Below, piece by piece: positions 20,519-31,026 of a stretch of DNA of 64,000 nt. The DNA lies in IMG/VR virus record IMGVR_UViG_3300033802_000463, positions 64,001 to 128,000 of that record; one strand, 5' to 3'. The stretch comes from a virus. Both the position numbers and the translations under genes were made by a program. The notes under the pieces were generated by a model. That model ran no database searches. It saw nothing but the letters and a program-made list of their open reading frames with translations, and had not been told where the DNA came from. Each line of letters starts with the position of its first letter. Position 1 is the first letter of the stretch.

Positions 20519-22285
20519 TTAGAATGTGACCGACCACGTAATCCGCATGCCTGTGTTTTTATCTTTGGTAACCGGACCAATACCGGAAATATTGAACATC
20601 TTGCCTGCTGTTTGCTCAGTGAACATGGCCACTTGATAAATGTCGTGGGTCTCTTTGTACCACTTGTAGGAGATCGCCAGCGTATCACCTGTCGCTACAG
20701 CAATATTCAGGATGATTTGCGCTCCATCTGCAGACAGATTGTAGTCTGTGCCTTCAGTAAGCTCGGTCGTTCCTTTTTTGACCGAATCGATAACGAATTT
20801 CCCGCTTCCGTCTTTCGCTACCGGATGCTGCAGCGAATACGTGGTTTGCCCTGTGTTCATCGGAATTAATTCCTGATGGCTTGTGAGCATCGGGCCGGGA
20901 ATCCCCTTCGGGAAGTCCGCGACAAATTGAACAGTTGTGCCGGAGTTAATCCGATATTGGAACGTGAGCTGCCCAGGCTTATCGACAGGCGGCGCAGGAT
21001 TTAGCGGGTCTTTCCCTTTGGGTTCTGTTGAGAACTGCACAATGCCTTTGCTCGGGTTGAGCAGCCATACATCCCCATTTCCAACCACAAGACCGCCATT
21101 AGTGATTTGATAGGCTGTTACCTTGCCATTCAAATCTTCGTGCGTCACGCTGATCAGTTCCAAAACCGGACCTTGCGACAAACTAAAGATGGTGTAGTTC
21201 ACATTCTCTCGGACCTTGTAACGCACCTCAATGACGTTGCCTTCCGTCAGTTCCGTGTTAAATTTGATAGTTGCCCTATTTGCATCTTGAATGGCTACAT
21301 TCTCGGTAAGATCAACCGGATTTTCCGAATCGGTTACATCTGTCACGCTGACCAAATCGGTCAGCAGCCTGCCGGCCGCACCGGAGAGTACATATGTGTC
21401 TTCTGTCGTTGCAGTGATTGTGTCTGTTACTTCAACCTTGGCCATGACTTGCGTCGGAAATACTTCCACTTCCGGCTCACCGGTGCCAATCGGAGCGGGA
21501 TAACGAATCAGTTGACGGCAGCCTTCAAATTCGGCATCCATAAACGTCTTCATTTTGTCGAGATTCGAAAATTCCACCGGTTTGTAATCCGGGTGACCTT
21601 CCGGCTTGCCGCCAAGCCCCATGAACCCGAGACCATAAGCAACTTTGTACACGTAGCTGACCGATACACCCGATTTCGCAGATTCAAAATAAACTTTGCC
21701 GGCGCCGTAATCGATTGTGTACGTTTTGTTTGCATCCGATGGTTCGGTTCCGCGCATGTAAGCCACTCCGCCAACCGTGACCGTTTCTGTACCGGCCACA
21801 ATCTCCACATAGGGATTGTATACGCGCCGGTACTCAACGGTAACTCGGCCTTTGGGCGCGACAGCAAAATACAGGATACCCGCATCTGCATCTTTCAGAA
21901 ATACATCCTGATCGATGACTTGCTCCACATCGTCCACGAGAACTTTCTTGAGCTGAACGATATTGGTTACATTCGTCAGCACCAAATCTTGATTCGTATT
22001 CGTGGAACCCAAATCGACGGTATAGCTGCCATCGATTTGCGGCTGCAGCGACAAGTTGAAGCAATATTTCCCGTCCGGATCGGCCGTCAGATTGGATGAA
22101 CCTTCATCCGTCTGATTGGCCCGAACCGTTTTCTTGGGATCCGCAAAAGCGGCACCCACAATTTCATTTGCCGAAAGCACGACAAGGTTTTTCTTTTCTT
22201 TGGTGAAGAACACTTCACCATTCTCGTCGTAGAGCTCAAGCTTTACGTGTCCCTTTGCGTTAATGAAAGCATCGTCTCTCAACAT
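20519..22285 (-). CDS. Beta-rich virion structural protein (paralog of 22305-24401)
   Basis: Shared termini KGHVKLE...NLVV and FVADFP...GMRITWSV. Confidence 0.6.
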   Translation of the reverse strand: MLRDDAFINAKGHVKLELYDENGEVFFTKEKKNLVVLSANEIVGAAFADPKKTVRANQTDEGSSNLTADPDGKYCFNLSLQPQIDGSYTVDLGSTNTNQDLVLTNVTNIVQLKKVLVDDVEQVIDQDVFLKDADAGILYFAVAPKGRVTVEYRRVYNPYVEIVAGTETVTVGGVAYMRGTEPSDANKTYTIDYGAGKVYFESAKSGVSVSYVYKVAYGLGFMGLGGKPEGHPDYKPVEFSNLDKMKTFMDAEFEGCRQLIRYPAPIGTGEPEVEVFPTQVMAKVEVTDTITATTEDTYVLSGAAGRLLTDLVSVTDVTDSENPVDLTENVAIQDANRATIKFNTELTEGNVIEVRYKVRENVNYTIFSLSQGPVLELISVTHEDLNGKVTAYQITNGGLVVGNGDVWLLNPSKGIVQFSTEPKGKDPLNPAPPVDKPGQLTFQYRINSGTTVQFVADFPKGIPGPMLTSHQELIPMNTGQTTYSLQHPVAKDGSGKFVIDSVKKGTTELTEGTDYNLSADGAQIILNIAVATGDTLAISYKWYKETHDIYQVAMFTEQTAGKMFNISGIGPVTKDKNTGMRITWSVTF

Positions 22286-22304
22286 GGATATGTCCCCTCC
22301 TGTA

Positions 22305-24401
22305 TTAGAATCCGCCAGTAAACGGTTGTCCATCTTTATTGAGCAGCGTGATTGTCCACGTTACGCGGATGCCCGTAGATACTTCTTTGCGAGTTTCGCC
22401 GACGCGCACCAAGGAAAATGCATCAACCGGATAATTATTGAACCCTTCGATTTTGTCATCGGCACGCGGCCCGTCAAACAAACCCATTTCACGGATCGTA
22501 ACTTGATAATTCGGCACATTCTCCGGAAACTCCGCGATGAAGCTGACCGAACCTTTGTCCAGCTGATACCACGGATACGCCGTTCCGGCTTTCGGCTTCT
22601 CGATAACCGCACGGGCATAGCCAGTAGGCACACCAGGGACTTCATCCGATGTCATGAAGATCTCATAAGCCGCAATTTCATTACCTTCGCTGTTGCGATT
22701 GCTTACAATGATCTTTTTGTTGTTTGCATCGACCTTGAATGTACCCTTGCCAAACTGATTATCGTCGGTTACCAGAGTAAGCTCTTTTCCGGTCCCGTAC
22801 TCCAACACCTGAACCGTATTTGGCACATGCTCCAAATCAATTTCTTTGGAAGGTGTTGTGTTTTGATAGTCAACCAGCAGTGATTCACCTGCTTTCGGCT
22901 TCTTATTCTCATTAAAGGTGATCTTGCCGTTTGCGTTGTCCACCACATAATCCGAAGGTGCCACAATTACCGGTTCTTCACTGTCTGCAGGGATTTTTCG
23001 AACCACAACACTTCCTGCAACCAAATTTTGATTGGCCAGCGTAAAGACGCGGTTCACGCCATCGATAACACCTTGCGGCTCTTCTCCTTCCACAGAACGT
23101 GTTACCATTCCGGAAGTGAGCCCAGAAGCTTGCCGGGTCAGATAGAGTTCTCCGGTCACGTTGTAGGTGACGAGCAGATTGGACAACGAACGGTTGAAGT
23201 AGACCTTTCCATACTTTGGATCGACATAGTATTTCCCTTCAGCCAATTCTGACAGATCGTTGACCGGTTCCAGCTTCACAGAGTTATATTCAACATTCAA
23301 GCTTTCCGGAACAATCGGGAAATGCTCCAGCTGAATATAGAACGGGGCCACCGTCGTAGTACTGTAAAAAGTCGGCGTATCAAACGTTCGGGTGAAAGAC
23401 TCGAACTCATGAATGAGGGCGTTCATGTCCTTGCTCAGCGCATCAAAACGAAGAGAAGTGATCACCACTTTCGGCTCAGCCACGGATTCGTCAGCGCCGC
23501 TAAATACGATGTTGATTTCTGTTTCTGCTTCATGGTTCAACGCATTGTATTCTTTGAACCCTTCCACCGGCTCATCCAGGGTTGAGTCCAGCGTTTCAAT
23601 GGTATCTTTCAGCACGCCGTTGATATATACGCTGATCTGGCCACCTGTATTGGACTTCTGATAGCCAAGCACAAAGTTGCTGATTTTCTCCTTGAACGAA
23701 AGGCTTTCTCCCATCTCAGCAGCAACTTTATGGCCATCTTCATCCGACCAATTTGCGGAATAGGTCAGGCGAGTGTCGCTCAAATCAACAGCATAGTTTT
23801 TGCCGTCGCCGATACCGATAAACAAGTTGGTGTGCGTGCTGTAGATCTCCGAACCGATCGGAATGCAGCCTGAAACATCATTCTTGGCGTGAATCGTAAA
23901 GGCCTTCTTGCCAACTTCGGATACATCCGGCGTTTCTTCTTTGAGGTATACCGTGTGCGGCCGGTAACTGTAAAACACGTCGAAATCCTTGTCATCGACA
24001 ACGCGCCAGAAAATGTTCGGCGCAAAGTTCAGCTGATCAACGCCGTTTTCGACTCTGGAGATGGTATCGCTAAGGCCGATATGATATTTCGGTGAAACGC
24101 CGTTTTTCGGAATGCGAACTTTGTACAGGATCTGATCGGGATCTCCGGAAAATGCGCGCAGCAAAATTTCTTCTGCACCCTTCACGACCAGGTTTGCTTG
24201 ATCGGCAAGTACGCCCGTCACATGGCCGTTCGAGTCAATGGTTTCAATTTTAATATGTCCCTTCGGCGCAAACTCAAATGTGTCATGAAGTCCCGTTTTT
24301 GCTTTACCGCCAACAACTTGATTGAATTTGGCCATGAGCTCCCTCTTTTTCTCACCTTCAGGAAGCATGCCGATCAACTTTTTGATGACATTGAGGTTCA
24401 T
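22305..24401 (-). CDS. Beta-rich virion structural protein
   Basis: KGHIKIE...NLVV; FIAEFP...IREMGLF...GIRVTWTI. Confidence 0.6.
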   Translation of the reverse strand: MNLNVIKKLIGMLPEGEKKRELMAKFNQVVGGKAKTGLHDTFEFAPKGHIKIETIDSNGHVTGVLADQANLVVKGAEEILLRAFSGDPDQILYKVRIPKNGVSPKYHIGLSDTISRVENGVDQLNFAPNIFWRVVDDKDFDVFYSYRPHTVYLKEETPDVSEVGKKAFTIHAKNDVSGCIPIGSEIYSTHTNLFIGIGDGKNYAVDLSDTRLTYSANWSDEDGHKVAAEMGESLSFKEKISNFVLGYQKSNTGGQISVYINGVLKDTIETLDSTLDEPVEGFKEYNALNHEAETEINIVFSGADESVAEPKVVITSLRFDALSKDMNALIHEFESFTRTFDTPTFYSTTTVAPFYIQLEHFPIVPESLNVEYNSVKLEPVNDLSELAEGKYYVDPKYGKVYFNRSLSNLLVTYNVTGELYLTRQASGLTSGMVTRSVEGEEPQGVIDGVNRVFTLANQNLVAGSVVVRKIPADSEEPVIVAPSDYVVDNANGKITFNENKKPKAGESLLVDYQNTTPSKEIDLEHVPNTVQVLEYGTGKELTLVTDDNQFGKGTFKVDANNKKIIVSNRNSEGNEIAAYEIFMTSDEVPGVPTGYARAVIEKPKAGTAYPWYQLDKGSVSFIAEFPENVPNYQVTIREMGLFDGPRADDKIEGFNNYPVDAFSLVRVGETRKEVSTGIRVTWTITLLNKDGQPFTGGF

Positions 24402-26494
24402 CAGGAAGTACCTCCCTTTAGTGTATTGGTGCCAATTTTGAATTTACCAAGCGGCCATCCTGTATCCGACATTTCACCAAGGGCGTACAAGACCCGCTCC
24501 TTGCCGTTCAACTCATACTTGTCTTTAATATCGGACAACATCAGAATGTCGCATGATTCCTGTTTATCTCGACCATAACTGTCCTTTGGATGGGGCAGAT
24601 ATGTCGGTGAAACATTTCGAGAAAACGTCATCTGCAAATATTCAGATGGTGAGGAAACCAGATCGAAATGCTTTTCAATTCGCTCTTCCGGACCAATATC
24701 AAAATAGTCATAGAGGCTGGATATGAGATCAAGACGACCAGACACGCTATCGAAAGATTCAAATGTCAATTCATCCAGCATCTGCTTTTGAGTCCAGGGG
24801 CGGATATACAGCAAATCATCCAATTTCATATTAAGATGATCCGACAATGATTGGGTAAGTGTCGGGGAAATATTCAGGATTTCACCATTTAACAACGAAA
24901 GCACTTCGTTCTTGCTCGGAGAAAAATCCGGCAGCAAGTCGGTTTCATCTTGCAAATCGAACGCGATATCTTCTTTTTGATCTGCAAAAATCGCGTTATA
25001 ATGCGCAGCAAATTGCTCTCCCATGAGCGATATGCAATCAAAGTATTCAATCCAATGATTGTTGATATAAAGCGCAGTCCGATCTGTCACCAAACGGATC
25101 AGTTCATCGATGAGCTCGATTTCATAGGAGCGGCGAAGATGCACATCATTCAAGAGCAACGTCTTGACCATATCACGAACCAGCAGGGTTCTGAATATGC
25201 CATCTTCTGATTCCAAATCATACTCCACAACAGCATCATCAACTTGAACCTTGTCTCTGGTATCATCAAGATCGATGGTAATTTCGGCCAGCCGCTGATC
25301 CACGATCAGGTGCGGCACATACAAATCCTTCATGATCATGCGAAGGAATTTGGAAATTTCCTCAGATGGATGAACCTCTAAGGTTTCGCTGACAAGCTTT
25401 TTGAATAAAAGCAGCGATTGCCGCAAAGAGCTGATCATCTGGTAATCCATCGATTCACGAGCCACGGGTTCTGCTATTAATTGTACCGTACTGGTTGCGT
25501 TAAGGAAAAAGCGATCTTCAGGCATTAAGGTATAGGAGTGACGCAAGAGTTCTCCTTTTATATCGAAATTGTAATGCCCTTCTAAATAAATCTGCTGATT
25601 TTCCTCATTATCTAAGAAGACTTCAATCTTGGTCGATTGAACAACCTTCTCTATGGCTTCTTCCAGATAATGCTGAACAAGAAGACCTGCCAAGTCACTG
25701 AGGCTCTGCGTAAACACATCCTGCCTTTGATACCTTTTGAGAATATTCGAGTCTTCGTTTATTGTTGTGCAAAGCATTTCCTTAAATGATTCATGGAGCT
25801 TCGAGCTTATATGTTGCATCATCCCTTCAATGCGTGCAACAAACTTCTCGTCTACTCCGGGTATCGCTTGATTGCTTGTTGTTTTAATCTGCTCTTGTAA
25901 ATAATGCTCAACTTGCTCAAGCGAATCCAGTCCCAATGCATACAGAGGCGACCCCTCTTGGAACAAGATTGCATGAAAGGAATCCTGCACAAGCGTTGTC
26001 AAAAAAGTTTCCAGCTCGTCATCATATACCATTGCTGCCAAATCCAGAATATCATGCAGCAGCTGGAAGATTTCGAGGCGATTTTCTCGATCGCGAAGCT
26101 CGGAATACACCCAATCCGTATACCAGCCTTGTTTCGTGACGCCGCGAACCCGGTACTGATTATGATCTTGAATCAGATCCGCATAATCCTGATGATGCAT
26201 GGTGAGCCAGTATGATTCGGACACGCCATCAATGGACTCACTTAACACTGCTTTAATTCGGAATCGTTTCCCATCAACATTCTCAATCGGAATGCCTGTT
26301 TCAACAGCCCTCCGGATAACCGTACTCAATGTTTTTAGATTTTTACCCTTAGCCCGGATCCGATAGGTGCCAACCGTTCCAGGAAAGACAACTTGCCGAT
26401 AGAGACGATCATCGGATTGATCCTTGAAATCAACAGGGAAAGGCACGGCTCTTGCTGTCGCGCTTGCCGCTATGGACAGTTTTGACTCAAGCAT
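24401..26494 (-). CDS. Hypothetical acidic protein in structural cluster
   Basis: 697-aa ORF coupled to the next gene. Confidence 0.55.
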   Translation of the reverse strand: MLESKLSIAASATARAVPFPVDFKDQSDDRLYRQVVFPGTVGTYRIRAKGKNLKTLSTVIRRAVETGIPIENVDGKRFRIKAVLSESIDGVSESYWLTMHHQDYADLIQDHNQYRVRGVTKQGWYTDWVYSELRDRENRLEIFQLLHDILDLAAMVYDDELETFLTTLVQDSFHAILFQEGSPLYALGLDSLEQVEHYLQEQIKTTSNQAIPGVDEKFVARIEGMMQHISSKLHESFKEMLCTTINEDSNILKRYQRQDVFTQSLSDLAGLLVQHYLEEAIEKVVQSTKIEVFLDNEENQQIYLEGHYNFDIKGELLRHSYTLMPEDRFFLNATSTVQLIAEPVARESMDYQMISSLRQSLLLFKKLVSETLEVHPSEEISKFLRMIMKDLYVPHLIVDQRLAEITIDLDDTRDKVQVDDAVVEYDLESEDGIFRTLLVRDMVKTLLLNDVHLRRSYEIELIDELIRLVTDRTALYINNHWIEYFDCISLMGEQFAAHYNAIFADQKEDIAFDLQDETDLLPDFSPSKNEVLSLLNGEILNISPTLTQSLSDHLNMKLDDLLYIRPWTQKQMLDELTFESFDSVSGRLDLISSLYDYFDIGPEERIEKHFDLVSSPSEYLQMTFSRNVSPTYLPHPKDSYGRDKQESCDILMLSDIKDKYELNGKERVLYALGEMSDTGWPLGKFKIGTNTLKGGTS

Positions 26495-26517
26495 AGCGAT
26501 CCCTGCCTTTCACCGGA

Positions 26518-27063
26518 TTATTGTTTGCGCCCACGTCTGCTGCTCTTTTTCACTTCTTCTTGGGAATCTTCTTCATTTTCTTCTTGTTCTGCAAAGTCAT
26601 TTGCTTCTTGTTCTGCAAAGTCATTTGCTTCTTGTTCTGGGTTTTCTTCAGCGCCTACATCTGACGACTGATTTTCCAGGTCCAAAGCAAGTTCAGCGTC
26701 ACCAACAGATTGCGGCGTAATCGCATCAGCAGGATTTGTTTTCACTTGACCGAAACCTTGCGAGCTCACGTCTGACACCGGTGGCCTTTCGATTCCTGCA
26801 ATATGGTCAGCTCTTGCCTTAGCCTGCCGGCCAGCAAGGTCAAATTTCGCCTTATATGCATCAACAGCCGCTTGCGGCAATTCACCTTCATAAAGTTTGA
26901 GCGCCGGAGCAGATCCCAAAATAGCATGCGCAATCCCCGAGAGATCGGTGCTTCCATCAAAACGGATCACTTGAACCGGATTGCTTGGCGTAATGTAGGT
27001 GTTTGTTTTTGGATCATAATAGCTTCCAGATGGCGAAGACAATCCAACTTTGATTTCAGGCAT
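26518..27063 (-). CDS. Post-capsid protein with acidic tail
   Basis: RBS AAGGAGG; follows the major capsid gene; EQEANDFA repeat. Confidence 0.6.
   Translation of the reverse strand: MPEIKVGLSSPSGSYYDPKTNTYITPSNPVQVIRFDGSTDLSGIAHAILGSAPALKLYEGELPQAAVDAYKAKFDLAGRQAKARADHIAGIERPPVSDVSSQGFGQVKTNPADAITPQSVGDAELALDLENQSSDVGAEENPEQEANDFAEQEANDFAEQEENEEDSQEEVKKSSRRGRKQ
26581..26639. repeat. 24-bp in-frame tandem repeat (about 2.5 copies)
   Basis: TTCTTGTTCTGCAAAGTCATTTGC x2 plus 11 nt. Confidence 0.9.
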
Positions 27064-27096
27064 GGTAGTATCCTCCTTTAATCATGATCAACATTA

Positions 27097-27133
27097 GAAA
27101 AGGCAGGCGAACAGACATCTATTCGCCCGCCTT
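27097..27133 (-). terminator. Intrinsic terminator after major capsid gene
   Basis: AAGGCGGGCGAATAG-loop-CTGTTCGCCTGCCTT followed by TTCT on the minus strand. Confidence 0.7.
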
Positions 27134-27149
27134 GAGATCAAGAGCAGTA

Positions 27150-28235
27150 TTAAGATACGATCTTCATGCGATCCGGTTGCGGATAAGACTTCGCAAACGC
27201 CAGGTTGCGGGCTGTTGCAACAGCTTTTCCTTCATTCAGGATGCCGATGCCGTAGCGCTCTTTTACTTTGATCGTTTGGATGTCGCGCGTCGGATCGTCA
27301 AACTGCTCGGTCGAAAGCGGATCTTTCACAAGCAGAATGCCGATATTGTTGCGGTCAACAACGTACATGTCGAATTTCTTGGTTTCAAAGTTGAACGGCG
27401 CAAACGGCGTGAAATTGATATTGATCGCAAATGGGATGCGTCCTTGAACCTGCTCCGGATTGATTTGCAGATTCGTAATTTGGCTGCCGCCAAGAGCTGC
27501 ATAGCTCAGCGAGCTGATCAAATCGTTCTTGAAGAACACGCTCCAGGTCAGCGGATGCATGATGATGTCGCTTGGCGTGAAGCCATTGGCCATAACTGCA
27601 ATGAACAGGTCGATCAAATCTTCCGTGCTCATCGTGTTATTGAAGTTGCCGTCGATATCGCAGCCGGTCGTACCTGCTTCCGGATATTTCTGACGGATAT
27701 CGTTGTCAAATACGATATGTCCGTGCTTGGAGAACTGGATAAAGATCTTCTCCTCTTTCAAGCGCGCCATCGCTTCCCCGGCTTTGCGAACCAAGATCCC
27801 GATTACGTCCCATTGCGAATCGTTGATCATTTCATCCGTAACCCGGACGACCATACCGGACTTGCCAACCTTCACCTCTTGCGTCCGATGCAGTTGGAAG
27901 TCCACCGTTTCTTCAAGGTACGATTGGCTTTCACCAATATCATGCGCCCGCATCGCGCCGATGGATGGGAACTCAATGGAGCGGCCTTCCGTGAGCCGTA
28001 CCGTTTGCAGAAGCTGCGTGCCGATATACATCGGTTCTGCCGCCTCGCGCATCATTCCGGTAATAACACGCGGGATCAAGATGGAAGCGTCCTGGGTTGT
28101 CAGAGCTTCTTTTACGGTCACCAGTTCATTTTTTGGAATTTGTGTCCAGTCTTCAGAAAGATTCAACTGGCGCTGCATGCGCTTAAGGACATTCATGGAT
28201 TGTTCGCTAAGTTTCAGATCATTTACATTAATCAT
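27150..28235 (-). CDS. Major capsid protein (HK97-like)
   Basis: ILIPRVI...GESQSYLE...KVGKSGMVVRVTDEMINDSQWD...IKVKERYGIGIL; downstream of the protease. Confidence 0.85.
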   Translation of the reverse strand: MINVNDLKLSEQSMNVLKRMQRQLNLSEDWTQIPKNELVTVKEALTTQDASILIPRVITGMMREAAEPMYIGTQLLQTVRLTEGRSIEFPSIGAMRAHDIGESQSYLEETVDFQLHRTQEVKVGKSGMVVRVTDEMINDSQWDVIGILVRKAGEAMARLKEEKIFIQFSKHGHIVFDNDIRQKYPEAGTTGCDIDGNFNNTMSTEDLIDLFIAVMANGFTPSDIIMHPLTWSVFFKNDLISSLSYAALGGSQITNLQINPEQVQGRIPFAININFTPFAPFNFETKKFDMYVVDRNNIGILLVKDPLSTEQFDDPTRDIQTIKVKERYGIGILNEGKAVATARNLAFAKSYPQPDRMKIVS

Positions 28236-28257
28236 GGCTCCTCAGACCTCCCTTTCT

Positions 28258-29490
28258 TTATTTTTGAAGCAGGATGCGAACGGCACCTACGGAGCCTTTC
28301 CAATCCCAGTTGGTTGGTACGCCTGGAATTTGTCCCGTCGCTTTGAACGTAGCCTTGATGTCAACCGGAGCCGAACCAGACGAGTTGTCATAGTTCACAA
28401 CAACAAGACCCGTTTCATAGTCCACATAGGCCGGCTGGATCGGAGTTCCGTTTGCGGTCAGCGTCAAGGAACCTTCAACAATCGGCACTTGCCAGATGCG
28501 GAAATCATGGCGACCAGATTGACCTGGCTGAACGGTGCCGATGACAATATCGGTGAACGGTACTTCGATATTGGCGCCGTTGGTCAAACCAGGAATAGCG
28601 CGAGGGAAGTATTTCGCACCTTCCATATTTCGGTACGTTTTTTCATATGGATAGCCCGGGAATCCATCTTGCGCGCCGATGTCCTGCGGGCGGAAGCCGC
28701 TGTTGTTGATCCATCTGTCATCTTGCCGCATGTCTTCCATGGACCAAGTAACCCATTTCAACCAGCCTTGCGGAGGCAGATTCGTTTCAACGGACCATAC
28801 TTGGCCGATGACTTGTTCCTGCAAACGGCCGAGCTCTTTGACCAGCTTGTTGTATTCAACCAGGTCGCCGGCTGCTGCGGCAGCGTCAAGCTGTGCATAG
28901 ATTTTCTCAAACGGTGCTTTGATAAAGCGGCCGTTTTCGTCGGACATTACAAAGTCGCCGTTTTTCACAGGGTCGCTCAAATCGTAGTCGTAGAAGCTGC
29001 CCCATTCGATTTCTTCTGCGTCTTCTTTTTTCGGAATGTACGGCAGCTCGATGTAAATTTCATTCTCGATGGTCGGCTGCATGCCGTTGAAGCCATCGAC
29101 AAATTCCTCATACAAGTTGCCGTAAGCCACCCCAATAGCCCTGTTCGCCTTGCGAACGTGCTGCGTGCCGTCTTTTCCGATTTCGGTTACATCCTTGCCG
29201 CCATTGGCCAGGGTAAGAACCGGACGCTTTACATTGCCGTCAAAATCATGCATCACACCGTCTTGGTTTTCACCGAAATTATCGGTCGCCGGCGCCACGA
29301 TGCGTCCCTTTGGAATGACTACCCAGCCATCGCCGCCGAAGTGGTAACGGAACAAACGTTTCAGCCGCGGGTCAACCAGGAATTTTTCACCTGGGGAATC
29401 GTGCGTACCAGCTTGAAGCTTGGTATTTGTGCGCATATATTGGTCTGGGGTCGATTTAATTGGACCGGCAATACCACGAAATAGTGCCAT
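28258..29490 (-). CDS. Head decoration/minor capsid-like protein
   Basis: Between scaffold and major capsid; VVIPKGRIVA...AIGVAYGN. Confidence 0.5.
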   Translation of the reverse strand: MALFRGIAGPIKSTPDQYMRTNTKLQAGTHDSPGEKFLVDPRLKRLFRYHFGGDGWVVIPKGRIVAPATDNFGENQDGVMHDFDGNVKRPVLTLANGGKDVTEIGKDGTQHVRKANRAIGVAYGNLYEEFVDGFNGMQPTIENEIYIELPYIPKKEDAEEIEWGSFYDYDLSDPVKNGDFVMSDENGRFIKAPFEKIYAQLDAAAAAGDLVEYNKLVKELGRLQEQVIGQVWSVETNLPPQGWLKWVTWSMEDMRQDDRWINNSGFRPQDIGAQDGFPGYPYEKTYRNMEGAKYFPRAIPGLTNGANIEVPFTDIVIGTVQPGQSGRHDFRIWQVPIVEGSLTLTANGTPIQPAYVDYETGLVVVNYDNSSGSAPVDIKATFKATGQIPGVPTNWDWKGSVGAVRILLQK

Positions 29491-29517
29491 TTGAACTCAC
29501 TCCTCATTCAAAATGTG

Positions 29518-31011
29518 TTATTTTCTTTTTCTTTTGCTGCTGAACATGCTGGAGATGATGCTTTCAGCTTCGGCTACCGTGTAGGTTTTGTCGTTTTCGT
29601 TTTCCTCGCCGGACCAACCAGGATTTGTGACACTTCCTGGCGCCGGACGCTGGCTTTTCATTTCCAGCTGCAGATCTGCGAGTGTATTTTCGAGCGACTC
29701 TTTTGTACGCTCCGCATGAGCCGCAATTGCCGCTTCACGCTCAACGCCAATCACATCCGGTTTGTTCAAGCTTCGCTTGAGATCAACCACTTTTTCCGCC
29801 AAGTTGCGATGGAGTTTTGCAAGCAGTTCAGCATTTTCAGCCAACAGCCGCTGTGTTTCTTGCTCTGCAGTCGAGACGCGCGTCGCCAGACGTTGGTTTT
29901 CCATTACCAGGTTGGTAATCGTCCCTTGCATCTCGGTGACCTTTGTGCGAAGCGCAGTCAGGTCATTTTCTTGAACAGATGTCGCAGGAGGCGTTGCTGC
30001 AGGTTCAGCCGGATTTGCCGGTGATTGTTGCCCTTCTTGCACAACAGGAGGTTCACCTTCCTGCTCCGGAGGCGCAGACTGTTGCTGCTGTCCTTCCTGA
30101 ACAGGCGTTTCAGTCGGATTGTTTGCAGGCACCGGGGGTTCAGGAGCTTGTTGTCCTTCTTGAACCGGTACTTGCTGATTTTGATTTTCAGGTTCAGGGT
30201 CCATCTTTGGATCGCTCCTTTCTGCGGTCACAAGACCTGTGATGAGTCGCCTTACATTTTCATTCAGCTGATGATACAGATTCACATCAGGCTGGCGTAT
30301 ATTTTGAAACAGCCCTTCGGCGATTTGGTAAATCTCCATATACGCCGATTCATTCGAGCTGGAAGGTTGCTGGTTGTCGCCTTCAACAACAGACACGCTG
30401 ATGTTTCCAGCATCTTGGTCTGCGGGTACATTCACATAAGAGACTTCGCGCCCATAAGTGGTTCCAATAATGAAATGTGCGGTTTGTCCATCGTATTCTT
30501 CCCCTGGATAGTGATCACACCACTCTTGAGTGCGGTCTGTACCGCAAATGTTACACGTTACTTTATCCGTCGTAGCCCCAATTGAGACGGTTTGGTAACG
30601 CCCATCGAGCACCTTCTCGATGGCCTCGGGATCCGTAATCTCACATGTGAATACCAGACCTGCCCGGCCGGATTTTGTTGTTTCATGAAATTCAGCCTTC
30701 AGAATGCGGCCGATCGGCTCTCCGAAATAATCGTTATGATGGGTGAGAACCGGTTTATTGTACGGCGTCGTCCAACTGGTAAGTCCTGCACTTAGCCCCT
30801 CTTTCGTGTAGTACGTGTAGTTGGCCGTCCGTCCAACGTGAATCGCCTCCATCTGAACGATCAGCTTCCGTTTGCCGGCGTTTTTCGCCGATTCATTCAG
30901 CTGCTGGACAGCTTCCTTCGAGAGCTTCGGAATGGAGCATACATACTCGGTGACGCTTCTCGGGACCAGCTTCCTGGATTGATGCTCTGCAAGAGAATAC
31001 AAGTGCTTCAA
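29518..31011 (-). CDS. Prohead protease-scaffold fusion
   Basis: PVLTHHND...PIGRI...VSIGA...EVSYVNVPAD, then a Pro/Gln linker and a coiled-coil C-terminus. Confidence 0.8.
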   Translation of the reverse strand: MKHLYSLAEHQSRKLVPRSVTEYVCSIPKLSKEAVQQLNESAKNAGKRKLIVQMEAIHVGRTANYTYYTKEGLSAGLTSWTTPYNKPVLTHHNDYFGEPIGRILKAEFHETTKSGRAGLVFTCEITDPEAIEKVLDGRYQTVSIGATTDKVTCNICGTDRTQEWCDHYPGEEYDGQTAHFIIGTTYGREVSYVNVPADQDAGNISVSVVEGDNQQPSSSNESAYMEIYQIAEGLFQNIRQPDVNLYHQLNENVRRLITGLVTAERSDPKMDPEPENQNQQVPVQEGQQAPEPPVPANNPTETPVQEGQQQQSAPPEQEGEPPVVQEGQQSPANPAEPAATPPATSVQENDLTALRTKVTEMQGTITNLVMENQRLATRVSTAEQETQRLLAENAELLAKLHRNLAEKVVDLKRSLNKPDVIGVEREAAIAAHAERTKESLENTLADLQLEMKSQRPAPGSVTNPGWSGEENENDKTYTVAEAESIISSMFSSKRKRK

Positions 31012-31026
31012 AACAGTTCACCTCCT

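Noticed and set aside
27084-29484. Plus-strand ORFs of 420 and 593 aa
   Set aside because: Antisense shadows of the capsid genes.
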